From IMG/VR virus record IMGVR_UViG_3300032291_002681, positions 27,071 to 91,070 of that record: DNA of 64,000 nucleotides; one strand, written 5' to 3'. Source of the stretch: a virus. The translations under genes and the position numbers were made by a program. Numbering within the stretch: position 1 is the first letter of the stretch; each line of letters starts with the position of its first letter. A model generated the notes under the pieces. That model saw only the letters and a list, made by a program, of their open reading frames with translations, was not told the DNA's origin and did not search any database. Below are positions 1 to 9,240 of this stretch, one piece after another.

Positions 1-1577
1 ATAATACTAAATTTAAAGTTGGTATTTCAAACGTAAAAGCAGCTGGTGAAGATGGTTCAACTGATTACTCTACATTTACTGTAACAATTCGTTCATTTGG
101 TGATACTGATAAGAGAAAGAGTGTTATTGAAACATTTAATAATGTAAACTTAGACCCTGCTTCTCCTAACTATATCGCTAAGAGAATTGGTGATAGATAC
201 AATGAAATTGAATCTTCTGGTAAAATAACAGAATATGGTGATTATGCAAATAGGTCAAAATTTGTAAGAGTTGAAATGGCTGAAAATAGTGTTGGAAATC
301 CAATTTCAGCAGCACCATTTGGACATGGAGCATATACAAACCCAATTAGAGCAACAAATGATTCAGAAGCACAACAAATACCAGCAGTAGTATATCAAAC
401 TGGTTCAATAGCTAACACATCATCATCTCCAATCTATTTTAGTGGATTTGATTTTGAAACAGCTGGTGTAGCAGATGATAATAAACAATATTTAAAACCA
501 ATTCCTGAAAGTGCACAAATTGGAGCAAACGTAACATTTGCGTTTGATTCTCAATTAGCATTTCAAATGACTGGTTCAACTTCATCTGATATGGTTAAAA
601 GACAATTCGTTCTTGCATTCCAAGAAGGATTTGATGGTTTAAATCCAACGATAAAGGCTAACATAAGCACACCAATAACAGCAGCAAACACACAAGGATT
701 TAATTGTGCTACTGCAGCTTCTAATGGTTCAATCGCATATACAAAAGCAATCAACGCTATTTCAAATGCAGATGAATATGATATTAACTTAGTTGTAACT
801 CCTGGTATTATTCGTTCTGAACACCCAACTATTACTAATAGAGTAATTGATATGGTTGAAGATAGACAAGATTGTTTCTATATCGCTGATTTTGTGAATG
901 TAGGTGCATCTATAACCGAAGCAACTGAAAAAGCAAACGAAGTAGATTCTAACTATGTAGCAACTTACTACCCTTGGATTAAGACGGTAGATGCTAACAC
1001 AAATAAATTAATACCCGTTCCACCATCAGTATTGATGCCGGCTGTATTCGCTGCAAACGATAGATTGGCAGCAGAATGGTTCGCACCTGCTGGTTTGAAT
1101 AGAGGTGGTATTATTGGAGCAGTTAGTGTATTGAATAGATTAACACACTCTGAAAGAGATACATTATATGAGAACAAAGTAAATCCAATCGCAGCATTCC
1201 CTGGACAAGGTATTGTGGCATTTGGACAGAAGACATTGCAAGATAGAGCATCTGCATTAGATAGAATCAACGTAAGAAGATTACTTATCACTGTTAAGAA
1301 GTTCATCGCATCTACTTCTCGTTTCTTAGTGTTCGAACAAAACACAGCAACAACTAGAGCACGATTCTTAAACACTGTAAACCCTTATTTAGAGGCAATC
1401 CAACAAAGACAAGGTTTATACGCATTCAGAGTTGTGATGGATGAAACTAACAATACACCTGATGTAATTGATAGAAATATTATGGCTGGACAAATTTTCT
1501 TACAACCGGCTAAGACAGCGGAATTCATCGTAGTGGATTTCAATATCTTACCAACTGGAGCAAGTTTTAACGCATAA
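1..1577 (+). CDS. Contractile tail sheath protein (T4 gp18-like), 5'-truncated by the window edge
   Basis: The frame of ORF 276..1577 stays open back to position 3. Sheath C-terminal motifs WFAPAGLNRG, LYENKVNPI, GQKTL, DRINVRRL, DETNNTPDVID, PAKTAEFI. Directly upstream of the tube gene. Confidence 0.95.
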   Translation, partial: NTKFKVGISNVKAAGEDGSTDYSTFTVTIRSFGDTDKRKSVIETFNNVNLDPASPNYIAKRIGDRYNEIESSGKITEYGDYANRSKFVRVEMAENSVGNPISAAPFGHGAYTNPIRATNDSEAQQIPAVVYQTGSIANTSSSPIYFSGFDFETAGVADDNKQYLKPIPESAQIGANVTFAFDSQLAFQMTGSTSSDMVKRQFVLAFQEGFDGLNPTIKANISTPITAANTQGFNCATAASNGSIAYTKAINAISNADEYDINLVVTPGIIRSEHPTITNRVIDMVEDRQDCFYIADFVNVGASITEATEKANEVDSNYVATYYPWIKTVDANTNKLIPVPPSVLMPAVFAANDRLAAEWFAPAGLNRGGIIGAVSVLNRLTHSERDTLYENKVNPIAAFPGQGIVAFGQKTLQDRASALDRINVRRLLITVKKFIASTSRFLVFEQNTATTRARFLNTVNPYLEAIQQRQGLYAFRVVMDETNNTPDVIDRNIMAGQIFLQPAKTAEFIVVDFNILPTGASFNA

Positions 1578-1597
1578 TACAAAAAACAACAAAGTAG

Positions 1598-1605
1598 ATA
1601 TTTAT
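1598..1605 (+). promoter_or_regulatory. Putative phage late promoter ATATTTAT (representative copy)
   Basis: The same motif recurs in short intergenic gaps before many structural or virion-type genes (see findings). Confidence 0.5.
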
Positions 1606-1629
1606 TAATATAATAAAAAGGATAATAAA

Positions 1630-2118
1630 ATGGCAGAAATACTAGAGTTTGATAAGATGTTCTATACGAACTTCGAACCTAAGATGAAAAATAGATATGT
1701 GATGGAAATCGATGGAATTCCTTCATATATGGTTAAAGCGGCAGCTAGACCTTCAATTAACTTTGAACCAATTGTGTTAGACCACATCAACATTAAAAGA
1801 AAGTTACAAGGTAAGGGTGAGTGGCAGGATATAACTGTAACATTGTATGACCCAATTGTTCCATCTGGAGCACAAGCGGTAATGGAATGGGTACGTTTAG
1901 GACACGAATCAATTACCGGTAGACGTGGATACGCAGATTTCTATAAAAAAGATATAGATTTCTATATGTTAGGACCTGTTGGAGATAAAATTGAACAATG
2001 GAAACTAAAAGGAGCATTTATTGTAAGTGCAAACTTTGGTGATGTTTCATTCGATTCAAACGAACCAGCAACTATTGAATTATCTTTGGCTTACGATTAC
2101 GCAATCTTAGAATTCTAA
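1630..2118 (+). CDS. Tail tube protein (T4 gp19-like)
   Basis: 162 aa, follows the sheath. W.DITVTLYD, MEW, YKKDI, EQWKLKGAF pattern typical of gp19-like tubes. Confidence 0.9.
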   Translation: MAEILEFDKMFYTNFEPKMKNRYVMEIDGIPSYMVKAAARPSINFEPIVLDHINIKRKLQGKGEWQDITVTLYDPIVPSGAQAVMEWVRLGHESITGRRGYADFYKKDIDFYMLGPVGDKIEQWKLKGAFIVSANFGDVSFDSNEPATIELSLAYDYAILEF

Positions 2119-2149
2119 AAAATATTCCTTACGGAAGCTACCGAAGGAC

Positions 2150-2180
2150 AACCCTCATCAGAAATGGTGGGGGTTTTTTT
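2150..2180 (+). terminator. Rho-independent terminator
   Basis: ACCCTCATCA-GAAA-TGGTGGGGGT stem (with G-U pairs) and a GNRA loop, followed by a T run. Confidence 0.8.
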
Positions 2181-2238
2181 ATTTTCAAAAATTTTAATTT
2201 AATGTATTTATATATACAAACTAAAAAAGTATAAAGTT

Positions 2239-3054
2239 ATGGCAGAAGTTAATATTGCACAACAAAATCCAACACCTAGAGAGGTAGAAAAACAAAAATT
2301 CGATTTTCCAACGGAAACAATTGAATTGCCATCAAAAGGATTGGTATATCCAGAAGGACATCCATTAAGAAGTGGAACTTGTGAAATAAAATATATGACA
2401 GCAAGAGAAGAAGATATTCTTGCGAATCAAAATCTTATTAAAAAAGGTATTGTTTTGGACAAGTTATTTGAATCAGTTGTAGTTCAACCCGGTTTGAACC
2501 CAAATGATATCCTTATTGGTGATAAAAACGCTATTTTAATGGCAACTCGTATTTTAGGATATGGGGCTGATTACCAAGTAGAAATTACTGACCCATTCTC
2601 ATTGGAAAAACAAGATGTTATTATTGATTTAGGAAAAGTTCAAACAAAAGATGTTGATGAAGATGTATTGAATTCAAAAAATAGATATACGTTTAAATTA
2701 CCATCAAATGGAACTGAAATTGTTTTTAAATTACTTACACATGGTGATGAGCAAGAAATTACAAAAGAAATACAAGCATTAGAAAAATTAAATAAAAATG
2801 CCGGTACGTCATTCGATGTAACTACTAGATTGAAATATATGATTGTTTCGGTAGATGGTAACGAAGATAGAGGTTTTGTAAATAGATGGGTGGTTAATTC
2901 TTTTTTAGCAAAGGATACGAAAGCATTTAGAGCGTATGTTAAGGAATTATCACCGGATTTGAATATGAAATTTGAGTTTACATCTGAAGTAACTGGTGAG
3001 ACGGAGGCGCTAGATATCCCATTTGGGATTAACTTTTTTTACCCTTCCAACTGA
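2239..3054 (+). CDS. Baseplate hub assembly protein / tail assembly chaperone (T4 gp26-like)
   Basis: IELPSKG, YMTAREEDIL, R..GYG, LPS repeat and a C-terminal FF. Lies between the tube and tape measure genes. Confidence 0.75.
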   Translation: MAEVNIAQQNPTPREVEKQKFDFPTETIELPSKGLVYPEGHPLRSGTCEIKYMTAREEDILANQNLIKKGIVLDKLFESVVVQPGLNPNDILIGDKNAILMATRILGYGADYQVEITDPFSLEKQDVIIDLGKVQTKDVDEDVLNSKNRYTFKLPSNGTEIVFKLLTHGDEQEITKEIQALEKLNKNAGTSFDVTTRLKYMIVSVDGNEDRGFVNRWVVNSFLAKDTKAFRAYVKELSPDLNMKFEFTSEVTGETEALDIPFGINFFYPSN

Positions 3055-3253
3055 TTATAAAATTCAACTTCATTCCCAAATTTGGGAAATGGTTCAATTT
3101 AGTAATGGATTTACTTGGTCAGAGGTATATCACATGCCAACATATCTTCGTAAGTTCTATTTCAATAAACTAATAGACCTTAAGAAAAAAGAAGCAGAAG
3201 AACATAAGAAGGCTCAATCAAAAATGAAATCAAATAAAGTGAGGATGCGTTAA
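3023..3253 (+). CDS. gp51-like small hub assembly protein, possibly a frameshift extension of the gp26-like gene
   Basis: GFTWSEVYHMP..LRKFY resembles gp51-like/tail chaperone C-terminal domains. Overlaps the upstream gene in the +1 frame across a T7 run. Only a TTG or an internal ATG is available as start. Confidence 0.6.
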   Translation: MGLTFFTLPTDYKIQLHSQIWEMVQFSNGFTWSEVYHMPTYLRKFYFNKLIDLKKKEAEEHKKAQSKMKSNKVRMR

Positions 3254-3268
3254 TATCCTCACTTTTTT
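3236..3268 (+). terminator. Rho-independent terminator
   Basis: AAAGTGAGGAT-N8-ATCCTCACTTT perfect 11-bp stem running into a T tract. Confidence 0.85.
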
Positions 3269-3304
3269 ATTTGTCAATATTTATTGAATATAAACACTCT
3301 AATT

Positions 3305-3520
3305 ATGGAAAATAATAAAAAACAAGTTAAAGAAGGTATATTCGATGCAGCCGATAGATTTGTAACTAAATTTTTTGATGGGTTATCATCTGGTGCTGCG
3401 GATACTATTATTAGAAAAGCTGAACAAGCTAAATTACCACCTCAGGCAATTAAATTAATGAAAGATATTGAAGATAGAGGTGAGGAATTGAGAAGAATAA
3501 CAAAAGAATTATCTAAGTAA
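3305..3520 (+). CDS. Hypothetical protein
   Basis: ATG at 3305 follows an ATATTTAT motif. About 71 aa; fills the gap before the tape measure gene. Confidence 0.65.
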   Translation: MENNKKQVKEGIFDAADRFVTKFFDGLSSGAADTIIRKAEQAKLPPQAIKLMKDIEDRGEELRRITKELSK

Positions 3521-3528
3521 ATTATTAA

Positions 3529-6234
3529 ATGGCACTAACTCCAGAACAAAGAGCAGCTAGAGATGCAGCTAGAGAAGCGGAAGCCGCCTTGCCTATTTTA
3601 GAAAGAATTCAAAAATATAGAAATAGAATTCTTGAGTTGCAAGGAAAGGAAGGGGAATTAACTGCTGCTGAATCTGATGAATTGTATAAGCAAGAAATAC
3701 TTCTTGCTAAAAATGTTGCTATTCAAGAAAAAAGAGCAAAAAAGGCACTGGGTACTTATCAACTTGAGCTTGATATTGCCAGTGTATATACATCTCAAGC
3801 ATCGGATTTATCGTCAATTTCAAAAGTATATAAAGGACTGACAGATGTTCAGCAACAAAGTTTAAAAACCGTACAATCATCATTATCAACTGTACAAGGT
3901 TCATTGTTAGCCGATGAGAATAAAAAAGCATTATTAGATAGTACCTTAACTGGTATAACAGAATTACAAGGACTACAACAAAAAATGGCAGAAACTGGTC
4001 CGGAAGATGTAGAAACTCAAAATTCTATCTCGGCTGCGTATGCTGCGCAAATGAATAGATTAAAAGAAGCAATTGCGATAAAATTATCAATTGGAGAAAT
4101 TACACAAACTGAAGCCGATGCATTGTTGGCATCATTGGATTCGCAACAAGACAGCTTAGCAACTGCACAAAAATATGGTACAATTAATGCGGAAACCAAA
4201 GAAATAATAGAGGGGCAGATTCAGGCCTACGAAGGTATAAAAAAATCAATTAGAGGGGTAATTGGTACTGCAAAATTATTATTTAGTGGATGGCAAGGAT
4301 TTGCTAGAGTCACATTAATGGCAGCAGGACAGGCTATTGATAAATTAGGAAAAACAACAAGAGAATTTGGTGGGTTTTTAGGGGGAGCTACGGTATCAGC
4401 AACAATATTAGGAACTGTATTTGACGATGCAGGTGATGTTGCTAAAGGATTGGCAGAAGAATTGGGTGGTGTAGATAAGGCAACTTTTGGAGCTCAATTA
4501 AATACTAACCTTATGGCCATTAATATGGGTATAAGTGGTGCTGAAGCTGCAAAACTAACAGGAGCATTTGCAAGACTAAATGGTGGAAGTGTTCAAACGG
4601 CACAAAACCTTGCAGATGGAGCTAAAGAAATGGCAAAAACTGCCGGTGTAGTACCATCCAAAGTGATGGCTGATTTAGCAGGTTCTGCTGAAGAATTTGC
4701 ATTGTATGGTAAAAATGGCGGAAAAAATTTAGCACAAGCGGCAGTTCAAGCGGCTAAAATGGGAGTTAGTTTAAAAACTATGACCGGAGTTGCTGATAAT
4801 TTACTTGATTTTGAAAATTCAATCAATAGTGAATTGGAATTGGGTGCAATGCTTGGTAAAAATATTAATTTAGATAGAGCAAGAGCATTAGCATACGAAG
4901 GAGATATAGCAGGTGCAACGCAAGAAACATTAAACGCATTGGGTGGGGTTGAAGCTTTTAATCAAATGGATTATTTCCAAAAGAAAAAAACTGCGGAGTT
5001 AATGGGAGTTAGTGTTGAGGAGTTACAAAAAATGGTAACAACTCAAGAAGAAGCGGCAACGATTGGTGGACAAATAAATGGAGCATTTAATACGGTATCA
5101 GAAGGATTAACGGCAATAACAACAGGACCATTAGGTAATTTTGTAACTGGGTTAAGTGGGGCTATCGGTACAACAAAAGAAATAGGTGAAAATTTTAAAT
5201 CAGCTGGTGGGTTTTTATCGGATATGGGTGGTAAAATTAAAGGTATGTTTGGAGCAGCACCCGCATTACCAGGTACACCACCTACACCATCATTACCAGG
5301 TACACCACCAGCAGCACCATCGTTACCAAGTACTCCACCACCACCAACAACAATGGCCCCACAAGCACAAGCCGGACCAGCAGACCAAGCAAATAAAATG
5401 TCTAAAATAAAAAGTGGAGATTTGATAAAAGGGGCAGTTGCATTATTAATATTGGCAGCGGCATTATTTGTAGCAGCAAAAGCATTCCAAGAATTTGCAG
5501 AAGTAACTTGGGAATCAGTTGGTATGGGATTAGTTGCGTTAGCGGGATTAGCAGGAATCGCGTTTCTACTAAGTAAAATACAGGGTGAAATGATAAAAGG
5601 TGCTATTGCGGTAGCTATATTAGGAGCTGCATTAATTCCATTTGCATTCGCACTAAATTTAATGAGTAACGTAGATGCGGCTGGGTTACTGGCATCTGGA
5701 GCAGCACTTATAGGATTTACTGCAGCAATGTTTGTATTAGGTGCATTACTAAGTGGACCTGGAGCACTTATATTTGGAGCAGGTGTACTTGGGTTAATTG
5801 CATTAGGTGGTGCATTAGTTGTGTTTGGAGCAGGATTGAATATGGTAGGTTCTGGAATGTCAGCAATAACATCTGCATTACCATTAGTTGTAGAACAAAT
5901 TGGAATGTTGGCTCAATTAAACTTCTTACCAATATTCGGATTAGCAGCGGCATTAATGACCTTATCGGTAGCATTGGCGGCAGTTGCTGTTACTGGAATG
6001 ATGGCATTACCTGCATTACTTGCGTTGGGTTTAATAGCAGGTGGGGCAGCGGCAGTTATGGGTGGTGGTGAAGAAGGGGGTGATAGAACCGGTGAATTGA
6101 TTGATGAAATAAAAGGATTGAGAGCAGATTTGATAGCTGGTAAAATAGCAGTAAATATAGATGGACAAAAAGTTACTTCTAATGTAGGTAAAGTTGTATC
6201 TAGAATTAGTTCAAATTCATACGCCAAAGTATAA
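3529..6234 (+). CDS. Tape measure protein
   Basis: 901 aa, Ala/Gly-rich and helical, with hydrophobic C-terminal repeats and an IAVNIDGQKV end motif. Follows the chaperone genes. Confidence 0.85.
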   Translation: MALTPEQRAARDAAREAEAALPILERIQKYRNRILELQGKEGELTAAESDELYKQEILLAKNVAIQEKRAKKALGTYQLELDIASVYTSQASDLSSISKVYKGLTDVQQQSLKTVQSSLSTVQGSLLADENKKALLDSTLTGITELQGLQQKMAETGPEDVETQNSISAAYAAQMNRLKEAIAIKLSIGEITQTEADALLASLDSQQDSLATAQKYGTINAETKEIIEGQIQAYEGIKKSIRGVIGTAKLLFSGWQGFARVTLMAAGQAIDKLGKTTREFGGFLGGATVSATILGTVFDDAGDVAKGLAEELGGVDKATFGAQLNTNLMAINMGISGAEAAKLTGAFARLNGGSVQTAQNLADGAKEMAKTAGVVPSKVMADLAGSAEEFALYGKNGGKNLAQAAVQAAKMGVSLKTMTGVADNLLDFENSINSELELGAMLGKNINLDRARALAYEGDIAGATQETLNALGGVEAFNQMDYFQKKKTAELMGVSVEELQKMVTTQEEAATIGGQINGAFNTVSEGLTAITTGPLGNFVTGLSGAIGTTKEIGENFKSAGGFLSDMGGKIKGMFGAAPALPGTPPTPSLPGTPPAAPSLPSTPPPPTTMAPQAQAGPADQANKMSKIKSGDLIKGAVALLILAAALFVAAKAFQEFAEVTWESVGMGLVALAGLAGIAFLLSKIQGEMIKGAIAVAILGAALIPFAFALNLMSNVDAAGLLASGAALIGFTAAMFVLGALLSGPGALIFGAGVLGLIALGGALVVFGAGLNMVGSGMSAITSALPLVVEQIGMLAQLNFLPIFGLAAALMTLSVALAAVAVTGMMALPALLALGLIAGGAAAVMGGGEEGGDRTGELIDEIKGLRADLIAGKIAVNIDGQKVTSNVGKVVSRISSNSYAKV

Positions 6235-6236
6235 CG

Positions 6237-8942
6237 ATGGGAAAGACTATTGAAGAATTATTTAAAACAAAACAATTAGTAGACGGTAAAACGGCTGCTG
6301 AAAAATACGAAATTCGTAATAGTAAAGATATGCCATTACGTTCTTCTACCGGTGCTATGGATTTACCATTTAAAGCTGTACAAATTGCAAGAAGAAACCT
6401 ATCATCAAGAACTAGAGAAACAAGATTAGAACAAGAGGTAACTGGATTACGAATAATATCTAAATTAGGAGGACCTATTATATATGGTACTGACATTTTT
6501 AAATTAAGTACACAAAAAACTGAAATGGTTTCCGCAATGAAAGATTCGGTTAATCCAAATAATTCAGCTGATAGTGGTTTACTTGGTAACTTATTTCAAA
6601 AAGGAAAAGAAAAAGGATTAGAATTATTAAATAAAATAGGTGTACAACTACCAACTAAATTAATACCAACCCGAATATCGTTAAATAAAGATTTCAAAGC
6701 AGGTAAAGAGCCAGATACAATGGCAACACTTGCTAAAATAAAGCAAGATGGTGCTGGTAATTTGGCTGGAAAGTTTTTAGCTCAAAATGCAAAAGGAACT
6801 CCTAAACAAATAGGTAACCAATTATTGGGTGGTGGTATTGGTTTATTAAAAGGTGAAGTTAAGAAAAAATTATTTGGAGCACCAAAGCAAGGTGCACAGA
6901 ATCTTGCCAAAAAAGGTGAAAATGATGTTCAATACGATAGTACTGCAAGATATTCAGATACCGTTAATCCAATTGATGAAGATTATTTCAAAAGAAATGA
7001 CCTTTCATCTATATTAGTAGCACAGGAGACAAAACAGAATGCTGACCCTGCTGTACAAAAAAGAGTAGATGAATTAGTTCCTAAAGGAAAATCTGTAAAT
7101 GCATCAAAAAATCCATTTGCTAAATTAGGTGATAAGGTAGGTGATATTAAAAAAGATAATGAGAAAAAATTATCACAAGCAAAAAAAGTAGGACAGCAAG
7201 AAGTATCAGCTGGAAAATCAGTTGGAGATACCAAAAGTGGAGCTCCAGCTACTACCGCTGATTCTGTAATTAAATATTCGGATACTGTTGATGAAACATC
7301 TGATGATATTGCATTAAGAAATGACCTTTCTACTATACTTTCTGCAAAAAAAGAAAATGAAGCTCAAAATCCTGATAAGAAAAAAGAAATTGATGCAGCA
7401 AAAGGAAATACGGCACCTGTAAATGCATCAAAAAATCCATTTGCAAACTTAGGTCAAAAAATAGGTGATATTAAAAAAGAAAGTGAACAAAAATTATCCC
7501 AGGCCAAAAAAGTAGGACAGCAAGAAGTATCTTCCGGTAAAAAAGTTGGAGATACCAAAAGTGGAGGCTCAACAACTACCGCTGATTCTGTAATTAGATA
7601 TTCCGATACTGTAGATGAAACACAGGATGATGTAAAGTTAAGAAATGACCTTTCTACTATACTTACATCAAAAAATGAAAAAGAAAAACAAACTCCTGAT
7701 AAAAAGAAGCAAATTGAAGCAGCAAAAGGAAACGTAGGTGCTTTAAATGTAAAACAAAATCCATTTGCAAAATCGGAGGATAAAGTTAAATCCGCTGATG
7801 AAGATACAAAAAGTGGATTACAATCTGGTAGAAAATTAGGACAGCAATCTATATCAGATGGTACTAAAAAAGTAGGAGATTTATCAGCAGCTACTTCAGA
7901 TGTTATTACATATACATCGACGGTAGATGAAGCACAAGATGATGTAAAGTTAAGAAACGATTTATCAACTAAGTTAGAAGCATTGACAAAAGCAAGTACT
8001 GCAGTTTCTAGTGCGGGGGGTGTTTCTGGACTATCTAGAACTGATGTACAAAAAAATATGTATTCATCTCTAAAAAATAAATCAAGTGATGGTAAACCAT
8101 CAAATTCATTAAAAACTAAATATGGTATTGAAAGTAGTGATAAGTTGGATTTTTTAAATGAAAAGGCACAATATACTGCAACTGCAGGTGGGAAGCTGCA
8201 ATTAACGGATGGTACTTATTTAGATGATTGGGATTTTATAACTCTTAAATTTCAATCAAGAGCTACAGGCAAAGCGGTAAATTTTAGAGCAACTGTTAGT
8301 GGTATATCTGAAACGGTATCACCATCATGGGATAGTGGTAAATTCATAGGTTCTCCGTTTAACTATTATACATATAGTAGTATTGAGAGGAGTGTTAGTT
8401 TTAATTTTAAAGTATATTCAACAACATCGGCACAACACGTTGCAGCTTGGCAAAGAATAAACTTTTTGACTGGACTGGCATACCCACAAGGATATAACCA
8501 ACCATACGCAACCCCACCATTTGTTTTACTTACGTTGGGTAATTTGTATGTAAATAAAAATGCGTATATTGAATCACTATCATATACGATGGATGATAAT
8601 GCTGGTTGGGAAATTGGATTAAATGATGAAAGTGTAAAAACTTACAAATGTCCTATTGTTGTAGATGTTTCAATTACTTTGAAATTCGTAGAAAGTAGAA
8701 ATACAACCAGTGGTGGTAAGTTTTATGGTTTTGAGCTTGGACGAGAAGCAACCGCGGAAGTACCATCATCAGCGAATGCACAGTTATCAAATGATTCAAA
8801 TGCAAGTGCAGGTTTATTAACTACACAACCAAAAGATACAAAAGTTGATATCAACGAAAAGAAAAATTTAAATAAAAAGAAACAAACGCAAAAAAGTTCA
8901 GTTAAGGCAAACACAAACGTAAAAAATCAGTTAAAAAAGTAA
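6237..8942 (+). CDS. Baseplate/tail-tube initiator-like protein with an internal repeat region
   Basis: C-terminal FRATVSGISETVSPSW...YTYSSIERSVSFNFKVY...PPFVLLTLG domain resembles tube-initiator (gp48/gp54/P2 gpU-like) folds. Follows the tape measure gene. Confidence 0.6.
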   Translation: MGKTIEELFKTKQLVDGKTAAEKYEIRNSKDMPLRSSTGAMDLPFKAVQIARRNLSSRTRETRLEQEVTGLRIISKLGGPIIYGTDIFKLSTQKTEMVSAMKDSVNPNNSADSGLLGNLFQKGKEKGLELLNKIGVQLPTKLIPTRISLNKDFKAGKEPDTMATLAKIKQDGAGNLAGKFLAQNAKGTPKQIGNQLLGGGIGLLKGEVKKKLFGAPKQGAQNLAKKGENDVQYDSTARYSDTVNPIDEDYFKRNDLSSILVAQETKQNADPAVQKRVDELVPKGKSVNASKNPFAKLGDKVGDIKKDNEKKLSQAKKVGQQEVSAGKSVGDTKSGAPATTADSVIKYSDTVDETSDDIALRNDLSTILSAKKENEAQNPDKKKEIDAAKGNTAPVNASKNPFANLGQKIGDIKKESEQKLSQAKKVGQQEVSSGKKVGDTKSGGSTTTADSVIRYSDTVDETQDDVKLRNDLSTILTSKNEKEKQTPDKKKQIEAAKGNVGALNVKQNPFAKSEDKVKSADEDTKSGLQSGRKLGQQSISDGTKKVGDLSAATSDVITYTSTVDEAQDDVKLRNDLSTKLEALTKASTAVSSAGGVSGLSRTDVQKNMYSSLKNKSSDGKPSNSLKTKYGIESSDKLDFLNEKAQYTATAGGKLQLTDGTYLDDWDFITLKFQSRATGKAVNFRATVSGISETVSPSWDSGKFIGSPFNYYTYSSIERSVSFNFKVYSTTSAQHVAAWQRINFLTGLAYPQGYNQPYATPPFVLLTLGNLYVNKNAYIESLSYTMDDNAGWEIGLNDESVKTYKCPIVVDVSITLKFVESRNTTSGGKFYGFELGREATAEVPSSANAQLSNDSNASAGLLTTQPKDTKVDINEKKNLNKKKQTQKSSVKANTNVKNQLKK
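6930..7990 (+). repeat. Three to four imperfect ~105-aa tandem repeats inside the CDS
   Basis: Repeated YSDTVDE..DD..LRNDLS, NASKNPFA and KKVGQQEVS. Near-identical DNA at about 7094-7330 and 7418-7660 (period about 324 nt). Confidence 0.9.
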
Positions 8943-8949
8943 ATAGGAT

Positions 8950-9237
8950 ATGAGTAGATATAGAAATAACGAAGTTAAAAAAACTTTTGATGGTAAGGAA
9001 GTATATAGAACTAGGATACATCCAAATATACCATTATCAGATAACGATGTATATGTAATGACTGAAACTGGTGATAGACTTGATACCTTAGCGTATGAAT
9101 ATTATGAAAATTCTTCTTTATGGTGGATAATAGCATGTGCAAATAATATACATAATGCACCTATGGGATTGGAAGATGGTACAATATTAAGAATCCCTCA
9201 AAATTATATTCAAATACAAAACATTTTTACACAATAA
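8950..9237 (+). CDS. LysM/tail X-like baseplate wedge protein (gp53/P2 gpX-like)
   Basis: GDRLDTLAYEYY....LWWIIA.AN....GTILRIP. Confidence 0.85.
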   Translation: MSRYRNNEVKKTFDGKEVYRTRIHPNIPLSDNDVYVMTETGDRLDTLAYEYYENSSLWWIIACANNIHNAPMGLEDGTILRIPQNYIQIQNIFTQ

Positions 9238-9240
9238 TTT

